64,000 nucleotides of DNA from an uncultured Mycoplasmatota bacterium (GTDB lineage Bacteria; Bacillota_I; Bacilli_A; RF39; UBA660), in assembly GCA_946629885.1 (NCBI GenBank), contig CAMOYI010000014.1, positions 2,013-66,012 of the forward strand, in the 5' to 3' direction. The position numbers and the translations under genes were made by a program. A model generated the notes under the pieces. The model saw only the letters and a program-made list of their open reading frames with translations, was not told where the DNA came from and made no database searches. Of the stretch, positions 1-10,851 are shown one piece after another; position 1 is the stretch's first letter; every line of letters begins with the position of its first letter.

Positions 1-64
1 CAATCCAAGTACTATCTACACTCGATGTATTGACAAACGTAGTTGGATAAAAATCACTATACAT
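1..64 (-). CDS. 5' end (about 21 codons, MYSDFYPTTFVN...) of a gene continuing past the window start
   Basis: ATG at 62-64 on the minus strand with an AAGGAG RBS about 8 nt upstream; the frame stays open to the window edge. Confidence 0.3.
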   Translation of the reverse strand, partial: MYSDFYPTTFVNTSSVDSTWI

Positions 65-160
65 TTTAATACTCCTTTCCTATCTATATTACTAGTATAT
101 CATGAACTTTCGAAAAATAATACTCTTAATATTTACGTATTACATAATGTTTACTCATAA

Positions 161-1357
161 TTAAGGTATTAACAATTTTTGACCAATGGAAAGCTTATTG
201 GTGTTTAAGTTATTTAATTCTATTATTTTGTTAACACTAGTAGAGTACTTATTTGCAATTGAGTATAAGGTATCTCCTGACTTTACTATGTATATAGTTT
301 CATTAGATGGAATTGTTAATACTTGACCAATAGAAAGGATATTACTTGATAAATTGTTATATTTTTTTAACTCGTCGACAGTGATATTAAAATCCCTCGC
401 AATTTTATACAGACTATCTCCTTTTTTTACTGTATAGATGTTATCCGTAGTTTCATTAGTAGGAATTAATAATTTCTGGCCAACTGAAAGGACATTAGAG
501 TTAAGTTTATTAGCATTCTTTAAATCTGATACAGAAATTCCGTATGTGTTTGCAATCGAATATAGAGTGTCACCCTTTTTAACTAAGTATTCACTAGTAT
601 TAGTTGAAATAGAATTATCGGCATTTACAGGTTTATCGAGTTTTAAAGTTTGTCCAATCGATAGATTGTTGGAAACTAGATTATTAATTTTCTTTAGTTC
701 ATCAACCGAAATTCCAGCGTTTTTAGCAATGGACCAAAGTGTATCTCCACTTTTTACTACATAATAATTATCAGTAAGTAATGGTGTGTATTTAAGTCCT
801 TTATAATTCATAACAGCTCTTATAACTGCTTCTGCATATTTCTTATAGTTATTCTTTAAATCTTCTGAATCCTTTTTGTTATCTAGAAATCCATATTCAA
901 CTATAATTGCTTCCGTATTCGGCGTTTCTCTAAGCATATAATAATAATCTTTAGATGGATTTCCTGGTAATCTCCTCTGGTAGTATTTCCTCGACTCCTG
1001 TCCCTCTATAGCAAGACTATTTAAAATAGCTTCTGATAGTGTCGATTTATTCCGAAGAGCATAAATCACTTCAGCACCATCTGCTCCACCTGCATTTATG
1101 TGATTTGAAATAATTATCACATCCTTACCACTACCAAACTTACTTAGTGCCCTTTGTGGCCTATTAGAACTAGTTAGTTCTTCATCCATGGTTCTTGTCA
1201 TTGCGACAGGTACTCCCAAATCTTTAAATCTATTATACATATACTCACTTATTGCAAGAGTTAAATTTTTTTCAACAATTCCATTTCCTACCGCACCGGA
1301 ATCGTTGCCTCCATGCCCAGCGTCAATTACGACGCCTGTTAATCCTCTATCATACAT
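161..1357 (-). CDS. N-acetylmuramoyl-L-alanine amidase (Amidase_3 catalytic domain) with four C-terminal LysM repeats
   Basis: N-terminal [19 protein letters not shown]...NHINAGG motifs of MurNAc-LAA; four repeats of the form Y.VK.GD.L..IA......V..L...N.L.S..L..GQ.L.IP. The ATG at 1357 with AGGTGA RBS is preferred over the GTG at 1366. Confidence 0.85.
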   Translation of the reverse strand: MYDRGLTGVVIDAGHGGNDSGAVGNGIVEKNLTLAISEYMYNRFKDLGVPVAMTRTMDEELTSSNRPQRALSKFGSGKDVIIISNHINAGGADGAEVIYALRNKSTLSEAILNSLAIEGQESRKYYQRRLPGNPSKDYYYMLRETPNTEAIIVEYGFLDNKKDSEDLKNNYKKYAEAVIRAVMNYKGLKYTPLLTDNYYVVKSGDTLWSIAKNAGISVDELKKINNLVSNNLSIGQTLKLDKPVNADNSISTNTSEYLVKKGDTLYSIANTYGISVSDLKNANKLNSNVLSVGQKLLIPTNETTDNIYTVKKGDSLYKIARDFNITVDELKKYNNLSSNILSIGQVLTIPSNETIYIVKSGDTLYSIANKYSTSVNKIIELNNLNTNKLSIGQKLLIP

Positions 1358-1393
1358 ATTGTTCACCTAATTTAATTTATGTTAGATATCAAT

Positions 1394-1432
1394 TTTTGTG
1401 TAAAAAAAACAAGAGCTTTTTTTATTACTCTT
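1394..1432 (-). terminator. Intrinsic terminator after the 1425..2936 gene
   Basis: Minus-strand RNA folds as CAAGAG-(12 nt loop)-CUCUUG followed by U8. Confidence 0.6.
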
Positions 1433-2936
1433 GATTTTCTTTTTTAAATTTCTCATATTCTACATATAGATTAATATCATCTAGTTTAATTCCCGAACTT
1501 TGGATATTATCATAAGCAAGCATTATATCTATATCTTTTAGGGTAGCCTCTAAATTCAATAAATTGTCCATCGTCAAAGAAATATTATTTAAATTATATT
1601 TATCGACGATAAGTTGTTTAATTTGTTTTTCATCTAATAGTGCTAAATTATTTAATAGAACATGCTTATTATCCAATATATATGCTCTAAGTTCATCAAA
1701 TTCAGTGTTTATTGTATGTATATTCTTATTTTCATCTATTTCTAAAGACTTTGTTACAAAGAAAAGATAATTTGAAGTAATTAGCCTTAGTACTTCTAAT
1801 ATTGTTGAGTCGCTATTTAGCTTTTGGAAAATTAAATCGTCAAAAGATGCTGAATCTAACTCGTCATATCCACTTATAATGTTTTTAATAATACCATTAT
1901 ATTCGAGAATCCTTTTTTCAATCGGCTTAGCTCTACCAAAGAGAGGTTTTTTATTTTTTTTATTATTAAATTTTCTTAATATAGCTTCTTCCTTAGATAT
2001 CTTTTTTAAAGCGTCGCTTTTGTTATTCTTGATGCTTTCTCTCTTTTCCAATTTTTCTCTAAGTGGTGCGAACAAATGTTTGTATTTTACTATAATATCA
2101 TATTCATTTAAAACACTATTGAGTTCCACAATATCATCGTGATTATATCCACCATTTTCGAAATATTTTCCTCTAATTTTATCGACATCTTTAAAGTCAT
2201 TTATACTATATGTTCCGTTAATAATATTATTAAAATTAATATATTGGTCGCTGTTGATCAATTTTCTGATTCTTGAATTTATATCTATCCTAAGTTCATA
2301 TATCTCATTATCGTTATGTTTTATCAAGAACTCTTGATGTCTAGATGAATAAAACTTATTTATTTGTTTTTCATATCGGTAGTAAATACTTTTGAAGTTA
2401 GCTTCCAATATCTTAATAAAATCAGTATTTTTCCAATAATAATTTTCGAATAAATCTTTTAATTCATCACTAGAGGAGCCTGATATAATTTTATCCATAT
2501 AGTCTTGAGCATATTCATTAAAGTCAAAATCTTCTCTAGATAAAGTTATATTGACTTTTTTGAACGATTCCAACAATCTATTTAGACATTCGTTAACACT
2601 TTTTAAATCTTCTTTATAATATCTGTGAAGCTGGTACAAATAATAATCTAAATGCATTTTTTCATATGACGTATTGTATTCATTCCATTCATTGACAATA
2701 TTACACGTTTCTTTTTCTTTCTTTAAAGATTCAATATCTGGATTTATTTTTAGATTACTAAATATTTTAAGTCTCTTTTCTATTTCAGCTTTAACTGAGC
2801 TTATTCTACTTTTGTCTTTTACTTTTTCCTCGTCGATGAGGCTTTGTTTACGATTCTTATTTTCCTTTGTCTTAGTGGGAAGTATTTCTATAACATCTTT
2901 TAACCCATCGTATTCTTTTTCTAATTCTTCGACCAT
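1425..2936 (-). CDS. Hypothetical cytoplasmic protein, K/E/N-rich and coiled-coil
   Basis: 503-aa ORF with no signal peptide and no recognised motif; coding-like composition. Confidence 0.5.
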   Translation of the reverse strand: MVEELEKEYDGLKDVIEILPTKTKENKNRKQSLIDEEKVKDKSRISSVKAEIEKRLKIFSNLKINPDIESLKKEKETCNIVNEWNEYNTSYEKMHLDYYLYQLHRYYKEDLKSVNECLNRLLESFKKVNITLSREDFDFNEYAQDYMDKIISGSSSDELKDLFENYYWKNTDFIKILEANFKSIYYRYEKQINKFYSSRHQEFLIKHNDNEIYELRIDINSRIRKLINSDQYINFNNIINGTYSINDFKDVDKIRGKYFENGGYNHDDIVELNSVLNEYDIIVKYKHLFAPLREKLEKRESIKNNKSDALKKISKEEAILRKFNNKKNKKPLFGRAKPIEKRILEYNGIIKNIISGYDELDSASFDDLIFQKLNSDSTILEVLRLITSNYLFFVTKSLEIDENKNIHTINTEFDELRAYILDNKHVLLNNLALLDEKQIKQLIVDKYNLNNISLTMDNLLNLEATLKDIDIMLAYDNIQSSGIKLDDINLYVEYEKFKKENQE

Positions 2937-3056
2937 TATGCTTCATCTTCCTTTAATTTTTTTTCTTCACTTTCTAGAAAATCCATATGCTCTTTAATTA
3001 ATCTTAAAAGTTGTAGAAGTTCTTTATTTGTAAGACTTTCTAAATTATTCATATCA

Positions 3057-6000
3057 TCACCTCACCACAATGTATTTATATATTTCGCCGACCATTGTCT
3101 CACCATCGTAAAGTTTAAATTCTAGTCTATATGTACCCGTTAATAAGTCAGTTGGAGTACTAAAAGACATAGAGTTCGTTGCATTTGGATTATCAAATAA
3201 GATATATTCATTCTGATTTGAACTTGCATTTAATTCTTCTATAATATAATCCTGTAGATCTACAGATTCAAATTCTTGAGTATATGTTGTATCATATTTT
3301 CTTCTAGACATTGAAAGTCTAATATTTGGGTTATCTAATAAAGATGAATACTCAACACTAAAATTGATATTGTTAGTTTCACCATTCTTTAAAATAACTG
3401 ATTCTGGATTAATTATAGGTTTTAATCCATAAGAACTACTTATAAAATTGAACTCCAAATTATATACGACTGGTGTTACTTTTTCAAAGTATACTCCATC
3501 CACAGAAGGAAATACTTCTATGACCATTGTGTAATTTCCAGTTGCTAGTAGCGAATTTTGTGCATTAAACATCAGCCACTTTTGGACATTACCAACTGCC
3601 TCAGATAGCGTTAAACGATAATAACCATTTATATCTGCTTGAACAGTTTTTGTACCATTAGTAATAGTTGTTCCAACTAAGTCTGTACCAGAGACAGTAT
3701 GACCGTTCTTGTCGACAAGATGCATCTGCATACCGAGTTTTTTATCGTTATTTTGTGTATCTATTACCACTAAACCATTTTGAGTAGTACTTTGATATCC
3801 AATAGATAGATTTAATACATCACTATATCCAACATAAAGTGGATCATCATCTAATGATGCATCGACAGTTATCACTGCATCTTTATCAGCGTATAAATTA
3901 TATGTAAGTTGATCTCGTTGCATACCTAAAACAGTAATTATCGATTCATCATTTACATCTCTCATCTCTAAGAGCAACGAATTTCCAAGTTTATCACTTG
4001 TTATATTTGAATCTTCAAAATCCACTATAAAGATAAATTCCTCATTACTATCAGTTCCATCATAGTATATAGAATTTCTACCTTGATCATCATAATATAG
4101 CGAACTGCCCTTAGTTCCCATAGTAACAAATGTAGAAAGATCATAAGAACATTCATTTTCCATACTAAATTCTTGAAGTGTTCTATTATAATCAGTTTCA
4201 TCAATTACATGATAATAGTATAGGTTGTTACCGTCTAATAATTCAATCATGGTTATCTTTGTACCTACTGGTAGTACAAAAGAAGAAGTCAACGCTCTAT
4301 GGTACCCAGGTTTATAAAGATTGACGTTACTACCATATAGACCATAATAAGCACTCAACTTGCTTTTTGATGTTATATTAGTCGTCGTAGATGCAAAAAG
4401 TTCATACTTATCGCCAGGTGTCATTGTTCCCTCGTATTCATTTGTTTGGAATAATGCTGTCGACATATTGACATTAATTACTAGTCTTTTAATTTCATTT
4501 TTCAAAGCATCTATCTTTGTTACTGCTATCATAGATATTCTAACTGTTCCCAAATCTTCTTCTATTGTAATGTTTTTTGAGTGGTGTAAATAGAAAAGGA
4601 ATGTAGGGACGGCATTAGTACTGTCTTTTTCGTAACTATCTCTTCCATATCTACTATTAGTTTGAATTGATTGAAATCCAGTACTACCTGGTGTAAGCCA
4701 ACCACTATTAGATGATTCCATAGATAAACCGAAATTACTATTCGCTTGAGTTTCACTTGAGGCAACCTTTGGTATTGATGCTTTATTAACGAGATTTATA
4801 CCTTGAGCCAAATCGGTAAAATCAAAACTTGTTATTGAAAATGTAGTATTTGGCTTTGCAAAATCCAAGAATGATGTTTCAACTGAACCGAGCGTAGAAT
4901 ATTTAGATGCAACTAAATTTACATTGTATTCGATTATGTTTTCACCTATAAACCACATATAAAATCTCGATGATTCAGGAGTCGGTCTAATATACTTAAC
5001 TTCATTAATCATAGTATCTTCATTCATGAAGTTACTATAGAAACCATTGATTTTTATATTATGGTTAGTTTCGTGCAATCCTAGAACGTAACTACCTTTT
5101 GAGAATGTTTCGTTCCAATCTAAAGTATCTCCTGGTGAATGATTGTTATTGTAGATACCCGTATTTACTGTGCCATCATTTGCATAATTGTAAATTCCAA
5201 AGAAACTCATTCCAATTACTTCACCGTAGTCAGTTACCTGTTGGTCTTTAGATATGTTGAGATTTCTTCCCTCATACATATATACTCTATTATTTACTGT
5301 CCTAGTAATTGTATTATTATCTTCGTCTATAGTTGCAGCAGCTGGAGTACCATCGCTAGTTAAACTTCTAAACTTCTTTAGAAGATTAGCTCCGGTTTCA
5401 AAGTATATTTCCGTATTGTTTTTAATTGTAAAGTCATCTACTCTACTTACTGCAAACAGCTCTTTATCGTAATCATTGGCTCTGTCAATTGCTCCTTTAA
5501 GTAGAATACTTGAGTTATCTATCGTTACATATGTTACTCTCTGAATAGAAATGTTTCTTTTAGGTGTACCTATGGTACCATAGTTACTGATATTTAAGTA
5601 ACTATCACCACTAGCACTCGAGGCATTACCACCGCCATAGAAAGAACCGTCAATTAGAAAATTGTTATATCCGCTAGCATCTATATCAATGTGTGTACCC
5701 TCTGTAACACTGATAAAGAACCAGTCATATATCTCTGATCCGCTTGCATTAGCTTCTCCACCGCCAAACACGTGTCCAAACACGTGGATGTCAGATTTTG
5801 TTAGTGATGAATCGTTCGAAATTGCATTAGAACCAATATTAACAATGGTATTACCATATACGACTGAAGTATTAGCGCCACCATAGATATTACCATAAAA
5901 AGTACCTCCTGCAATATTAACTGTACTTATTGAATTGTTATTGGCTTCCAATCCGGTGTACGCTTGATTACCTCCACCAAATACGCAACCACTCGTAGGG

Positions 6001-9000
6001 GCTTTACCATCTACTGAACCGATAGTAGTCTCGCCATCAATTGAAATATTTGCATTTCCTTCAAGCGTTGCGGTTAAGCCATTACCACCGGCATACGCAC
6101 TACCACCTATTGTTGCATCTGATATTGTAACAAATGATGAACCCTTTACAACGCCCTGGTTACCTCCGCCATAAACGTTTAATCTAATATTGCCGCCGTT
6201 GACATCAACATACGTATTACCAGTAACTTTAGCAAGGTTACCTCCTCCATAGATATTATTGATAGAGCCATCTTCTACAGTCACATTAGCTGTGGTAACA
6301 TCGCCAGTATTGTTTGACCCACCATAAATGTCGGTAATAGTTCCATCATTAAACAAAATATTCGTAGTAGTAACACCAGCATTATTACCTCCGCCAAATA
6401 CCGTACTTGACTCTCCACCATTGATGGTAATATTTGAAGTACCGCCATTCGCTCTATTTCCGCCACCATAGATGGTATTGTTTTGTCCACCGTTAAAAAT
6501 TATATTTGATGTAACAGTATTTCCACCAGCATTATTACCACCGTAAATCGTTTGAGCGACACCACTATTTACGGTTATATTGCTTTCAAGAACTGTTCCG
6601 CTCGAGTTAGATCCTCCAAACATATTTTGAACCGATATTTCGCCTTGTTGTACTATATTACTGGTGGTTACATTGGCACTATTTCCACTACCATATACAT
6701 TCGGTATAACTCCGTTTGCTTTATTTAGCGTAACATTAGTTGTCGTAGTATCTACTTGATTTCCACCACCATATACACTGCCATTAATGTTTGCAGTACC
6801 ATTTATCACTACATTAGTTGTAGCGCATGATCCACCTTCGTTATTGCCACCATAGACATTCTGAACAGTACCACTTGATATGTTAACTAGGGTGGTAGAT
6901 ACATCACCTAATGAATTAGAACCTCCATATATATTTGTAACTGTCGATCCCTTTTGATATATATGAGTGTTAGTAACACTTGACTTATTACCACCACCAT
7001 AGACATTTTCTATTGTACCAGCATTTAAATGTATTTCATTTTGTTTATCGTGTATGCCAGCTTGATCATTACCTCCAAACACATTTGAAATGTCGCCACC
7101 ATTTATCGTTACTGTAATATTTCCGACAACTTTTGGTGTATATGTAGTTGAACCTTTACCACCACCAAATAGTGATCCGACAATCGTTCCATCGTTAACA
7201 GTTACTGTCGTGTTATAAGAAGAACTAGTCGTATTTTCGTTAAGAGTATTTACAGAACCAAATGCTGATCCACCGTAAACATTACCTTCTACTCGGCCAT
7301 CATTTATTAAAACTGATACTCCATCTCTTACATATGTACCAGGATTATTTGAGTTTTGATAGCCACCTTCGCCACCGCCGTAAATGCTATTTACTATTTT
7401 ACCACCGTTCATCGTGACGTTTGTTGATCCATATATTGTTCCCTTTGTTCTCGATCCACCGTATACTGAATTGTTGATCGTTCCTCCGGTAACATCTATA
7501 TTTATAGTTGATGAAACATTATTTTTACCGCTGCCATTGTTATTTCCACCACCGTAAACGCTTCCTTCAATTGTACCATCTAATATTTTAATTTTTGTAT
7601 TAGTCGATCCACTCGATAGTATATAACCTGTGGCTCCGTAGTTGCCGCCACCATAAACATTACCTTTAATAGTTCCACCATTAATTAAAATATTTGAGTT
7701 ATTTACAGAACCTACTTGGTCATATCCACTTCTACCATTTCCAGCGCCAAATACACCACCTGGTGCTACGCCGTACATTCCAGTTTCATCGCCACCACCG
7801 ATATTTGCAGTGCCACCTATATAAACAAATGTGCTTCCAAATACTTCACCAGTCTGATTAGAGGCTCCAGTACTTTCACTACCATTTGATCCTCCAAAGA
7901 CACCGTATTTTACGTTACCACCTGTTACCGCTACAATTCTATTACCATACGTTGTAGATAATCCTGCTCCACCTACAATCATATCAATAGTTCCACCTTT
8001 TACATAGATGTACGTATCATTAGTATTATTTCTAGTACTTGCTGTAAATGGTCCTCCAATCAGATTGAAGATTACACCACCTTCTATAATTGCACTTCTA
8101 GCAGCATAGTGGTTAGTTCCTGAAGTACCACGACCACCAGAGTATATACCAAAGTCATAATCTAGCTTGCCATAGCCAAACTCACCACTTTTAACTATTT
8201 GAGTAATAGCTATAGAATTGCTATCTTTGCCATATAAGGCTCCTCCCCAGTTACCTGAAGCACAAAACCTTACTCTAAGCGTATTGTTGGCAGATTTTAC
8301 TCTGTCTATGTCACTACCCCAAATGGCCTTACCATCTACATATAGGCTTGTTCTAGAGGAAACAGCAGAACCAGTTGCACCTAGTTTATCATAGTGTCCA
8401 CTTTCTACTATAAATTTATATTTTTTTGGTGTCTCAGAAGAACCTATTTGACTTACATTACCAGCGTATGCTCCATTAGCACTATAGTACTCTGTAGTTC
8501 CAGAGTAACTAGTAACAGTTCTTCCAGTTATACCTCGTCCTATTTTTACATTATAATAGTTTCCATAAATATTATTAGAGGCAAGAGATGTATCTGGATT
8601 TGTGGACGGATTATTTTCATTACCAGCGAAATACGAAGTACTATACATTGTAACGTATTCGATTCTCAAATCCGCATTTGCATAAATATAGGCATTATTG
8701 ATGCCTATTCTTGCATCGTCCATATAGTTATTACCATTATTTAAAGAAGTAATTGTCATAGGTACGGTATTTCTAATATAAGTACTTGATTCTCTACTGA
8801 CATTAGCTCTTAAAACTAATACATTTGTATCTCTAGTGGTTAAATAATAGTATGTTTCATTTGGGTCCATTTCATTTAAGCTGCCATTTTCGTAGTATTG
8901 TTCGAGTTGATATACAGTACAACCGTTTCTTTGATTACAATTACCACTTTGAAGTTCCCCGGTATTAGAGTACATCCCATCGACGCTATAACCATTTCTT

Positions 9001-10757
9001 ATTGTTGTCCTAGTAAAATAACCTCCTACACCATTTGGCAATAGATTAACTATTTCTTCTGTATATGGTAGAAGAGATGCACCAGTATTTTCATTTAAAA
9101 TATAGTATGTAGCTGTTGGATCATATTCACTATCAGCTCTTACATAATAATCACATCCACCATAAGTTGTACAGTAATCATAGTATCCGCCATTATGAGG
9201 CTCTAGATAAGCCGAATATGATCCAGCTGGAAAGTCCTCATACCTTGAAATTCTGTATTTTAAAAAATATTGACTAAAATCTGTTATTCCTTCGTAAACT
9301 TTTCTGGTTTCAGTGGCCTCGATTTGCTGCATACCGGTTTTAAAGTTATTCGCTAAACTAGATAGTGTACTAGAACTGGTCAATTCATATACTACTCCAG
9401 TGTTCCAAATTGCATACATTGTAATACTAATTGGCTCTTCAACACTAGATACTGGAATTTTCACATATCTAGTATAATCAGTCATATCTATAGAGATTTC
9501 AGAACCTTCATAATCTGTAATCCATCCCATAAACACTTTAGATGTAGGTCTATTAGCGTAAGGGTTATCAATTAAGTCAATTGTAATATAACCATTTTCA
9601 ACGGGATAATACTTATAATATATGATATTTGAATATAGTTCAGTATCACTTACATAGCCGGTAAAATTGCCTGCAATATCAGTTCCAGAATATTTAATAT
9701 ATACTTTAGCTAAATTTTGATCAGTGTATTTATTTAGCCTGTTAAAGTCAGGAATATTTCCACTATCAGTAAAATACGTGTAGTCCATCGCTGTATAATA
9801 GTTCAAATCTGTAACTAAGTCATTTATATATACAGTATCACCGTCTATACCAGTGTTGTGTGCTTCGATAGTTGCACTTTTCAAAGGAACTTTAGAAATA
9901 TTTTTCTTTACAATGGTATTATTTTTAATGACTACGTTGTCATTAACTATTAATAAAGAGTAATTATCAACATTGATATTTTCAAGTAAAGGAGTTTTAT
10001 CATCTACTAATTCATAATAATTTATGTCTTCTGTACTATCGCCAATAATAGGTTTTAAATTAGCATTTACATATACATTATCAATCGATGTACCACTCTT
10101 ATCAATTACAATATCGGTTGAAAGATTGCTGTTTTCATTGACTAAAATATTAAAAATGACATTGTCTATAGATGAATCATTATCAACACGTGATAATAAA
10201 GCCACTTCTGATTGAGTTCCACTCGTATTGACAGCACCATTTATTGTCAATAATGAGAAATTTGAGTTATTAGATGTAGCCGTGAGTAAACCAGTATTAT
10301 TCGATATGTCAAATTTCATATCTGCAAAACTAATATTTTTAATGGTAGCGTTGTCAACTGAAGCGAAGATAGAATTAGTTACATGAGCATTGCTAATAGT
10401 ATGACCCAATCCATCAATCGCACCTGAGAAAGGGATCTTATTATTAATAGAAATGTTATGGTTACCATAATCAAAACTTTCAGTAATTAAATAATTTTTA
10501 TTAAAATATACAGACGAATCATCGCTTTCAAGAATATTCTTAAAATATGCAAATTCTCCGGCATTTGAAATTAAATATGGATTTTCGAGAGAACCAGTAC
10601 CACTCTTAAAAGATGTCGCAGCAACTCCGTCCCAGGCTGTGGTAGTAGTATCTACGCTAAAAGTCGAAACTATTTTCCACGATAAAAGAGAAATAACAAC
10701 AGTTACTATCAAAATAGGTATAAATTTATGCTTTTTTAGTATCGACTGCAATTTCAC
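3057..10757 (-). CDS. Giant secreted surface protein (2566 aa) with dozens of glycine-rich parallel beta-helix repeats of about 20-22 aa (Pmp-like GGxN/xxN repeats)
   Basis: N-terminal signal/TM segment (KHKFIPILIVTVVISLLSW). The central roughly 1000 aa is a tandem array of units such as TI.NVYGGGN....T.N..VN.G ([IV]YGG[GS]N recurring about 40 times). The C-terminal approximately 1300 aa is non-repetitive. No LPXTG motif. Confidence 0.8.
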   Translation of the reverse strand: MKLQSILKKHKFIPILIVTVVISLLSWKIVSTFSVDTTTTAWDGVAATSFKSGTGSLENPYLISNAGEFAYFKNILESDDSSVYFNKNYLITESFDYGNHNISINNKIPFSGAIDGLGHTISNAHVTNSIFASVDNATIKNISFADMKFDISNNTGLLTATSNNSNFSLLTINGAVNTSGTQSEVALLSRVDNDSSIDNVIFNILVNENSNLSTDIVIDKSGTSIDNVYVNANLKPIIGDSTEDINYYELVDDKTPLLENINVDNYSLLIVNDNVVIKNNTIVKKNISKVPLKSATIEAHNTGIDGDTVYINDLVTDLNYYTAMDYTYFTDSGNIPDFNRLNKYTDQNLAKVYIKYSGTDIAGNFTGYVSDTELYSNIIYYKYYPVENGYITIDLIDNPYANRPTSKVFMGWITDYEGSEISIDMTDYTRYVKIPVSSVEEPISITMYAIWNTGVVYELTSSSTLSSLANNFKTGMQQIEATETRKVYEGITDFSQYFLKYRISRYEDFPAGSYSAYLEPHNGGYYDYCTTYGGCDYYVRADSEYDPTATYYILNENTGASLLPYTEEIVNLLPNGVGGYFTRTTIRNGYSVDGMYSNTGELQSGNCNQRNGCTVYQLEQYYENGSLNEMDPNETYYYLTTRDTNVLVLRANVSRESSTYIRNTVPMTITSLNNGNNYMDDARIGINNAYIYANADLRIEYVTMYSTSYFAGNENNPSTNPDTSLASNNIYGNYYNVKIGRGITGRTVTSYSGTTEYYSANGAYAGNVSQIGSSETPKKYKFIVESGHYDKLGATGSAVSSRTSLYVDGKAIWGSDIDRVKSANNTLRVRFCASGNWGGALYGKDSNSIAITQIVKSGEFGYGKLDYDFGIYSGGRGTSGTNHYAARSAIIEGGVIFNLIGGPFTASTRNNTNDTYIYVKGGTIDMIVGGAGLSTTYGNRIVAVTGGNVKYGVFGGSNGSESTGASNQTGEVFGSTFVYIGGTANIGGGDETGMYGVAPGGVFGAGNGRSGYDQVGSVNNSNILINGGTIKGNVYGGGNYGATGYILSSGSTNTKIKILDGTIEGSVYGGGNNNGSGKNNVSSTINIDVTGGTINNSVYGGSRTKGTIYGSTNVTMNGGKIVNSIYGGGEGGYQNSNNPGTYVRDGVSVLINDGRVEGNVYGGSAFGSVNTLNENTTSSSYNTTVTVNDGTIVGSLFGGGKGSTTYTPKVVGNITVTINGGDISNVFGGNDQAGIHDKQNEIHLNAGTIENVYGGGNKSSVTNTHIYQKGSTVTNIYGGSNSLGDVSTTLVNISSGTVQNVYGGNNEGGSCATTNVVINGTANINGSVYGGGNQVDTTTTNVTLNKANGVIPNVYGSGNSANVTTSNIVQQGEISVQNMFGGSNSSGTVLESNITVNSGVAQTIYGGNNAGGNTVTSNIIFNGGQNNTIYGGGNRANGGTSNITINGGESSTVFGGGNNAGVTTTNILFNDGTITDIYGGSNNTGDVTTANVTVEDGSINNIYGGGNLAKVTGNTYVDVNGGNIRLNVYGGGNQGVVKGSSFVTISDATIGGSAYAGGNGLTATLEGNANISIDGETTIGSVDGKAPTSGCVFGGGNQAYTGLEANNNSISTVNIAGGTFYGNIYGGANTSVVYGNTIVNIGSNAISNDSSLTKSDIHVFGHVFGGGEANASGSEIYDWFFISVTEGTHIDIDASGYNNFLIDGSFYGGGNASSASGDSYLNISNYGTIGTPKRNISIQRVTYVTIDNSSILLKGAIDRANDYDKELFAVSRVDDFTIKNNTEIYFETGANLLKKFRSLTSDGTPAAATIDEDNNTITRTVNNRVYMYEGRNLNISKDQQVTDYGEVIGMSFFGIYNYANDGTVNTGIYNNNHSPGDTLDWNETFSKGSYVLGLHETNHNIKINGFYSNFMNEDTMINEVKYIRPTPESSRFYMWFIGENIIEYNVNLVASKYSTLGSVETSFLDFAKPNTTFSITSFDFTDLAQGINLVNKASIPKVASSETQANSNFGLSMESSNSGWLTPGSTGFQSIQTNSRYGRDSYEKDSTNAVPTFLFYLHHSKNITIEEDLGTVRISMIAVTKIDALKNEIKRLVINVNMSTALFQTNEYEGTMTPGDKYELFASTTTNITSKSKLSAYYGLYGSNVNLYKPGYHRALTSSFVLPVGTKITMIELLDGNNLYYYHVIDETDYNRTLQEFSMENECSYDLSTFVTMGTKGSSLYYDDQGRNSIYYDGTDSNEEFIFIVDFEDSNITSDKLGNSLLLEMRDVNDESIITVLGMQRDQLTYNLYADKDAVITVDASLDDDPLYVGYSDVLNLSIGYQSTTQNGLVVIDTQNNDKKLGMQMHLVDKNGHTVSGTDLVGTTITNGTKTVQADINGYYRLTLSEAVGNVQKWLMFNAQNSLLATGNYTMVIEVFPSVDGVYFEKVTPVVYNLEFNFISSSYGLKPIINPESVILKNGETNNINFSVEYSSLLDNPNIRLSMSRRKYDTTYTQEFESVDLQDYIIEELNASSNQNEYILFDNPNATNSMSFSTPTDLLTGTYRLEFKLYDGETMVGEIYKYIVVR

Positions 10758-10820
10758 TTCTAAGCCTACTTTCCTATTGTTTATTTTATCATAATTAGTA
10801 GAAAAAGGGAATAATTTAGC

Positions 10821-10846
10821 AAAAAAAAAGAAGATAAAATCTTCTT
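10821..10846 (-). terminator. Strong intrinsic terminator between the 368-aa TasA-like gene and the giant gene
   Basis: Minus-strand RNA folds as AAGAAGAU-UUU-AUCUUCUU followed by U9. Confidence 0.7.
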
Positions 10847-10851
10847 AATTA

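Noticed and set aside
438-764. The many 60-130-aa ORFs on the strand opposite to long genes (for example 438..764 +, 1879..2142 +, 4360..4593 +, 8394..8744 +, 12399..12923 +, 25463..25735 +, 56641..57264 +, 59476..59925 +)
   Set aside because: Each lies wholly inside a well-supported longer gene on the other strand. Their composition is low-complexity and Leu/Ser/Ile-rich, typical of antisense frames in AT-rich DNA. No RBS was found and no motifs were recognised.
3057-10757. Whether the giant protein is a sortase-anchored (LPXTG) adhesin
   Set aside because: No LPXTG-like motif followed by a hydrophobic tail was seen at the C-terminus, and no sortase gene lies in the window.
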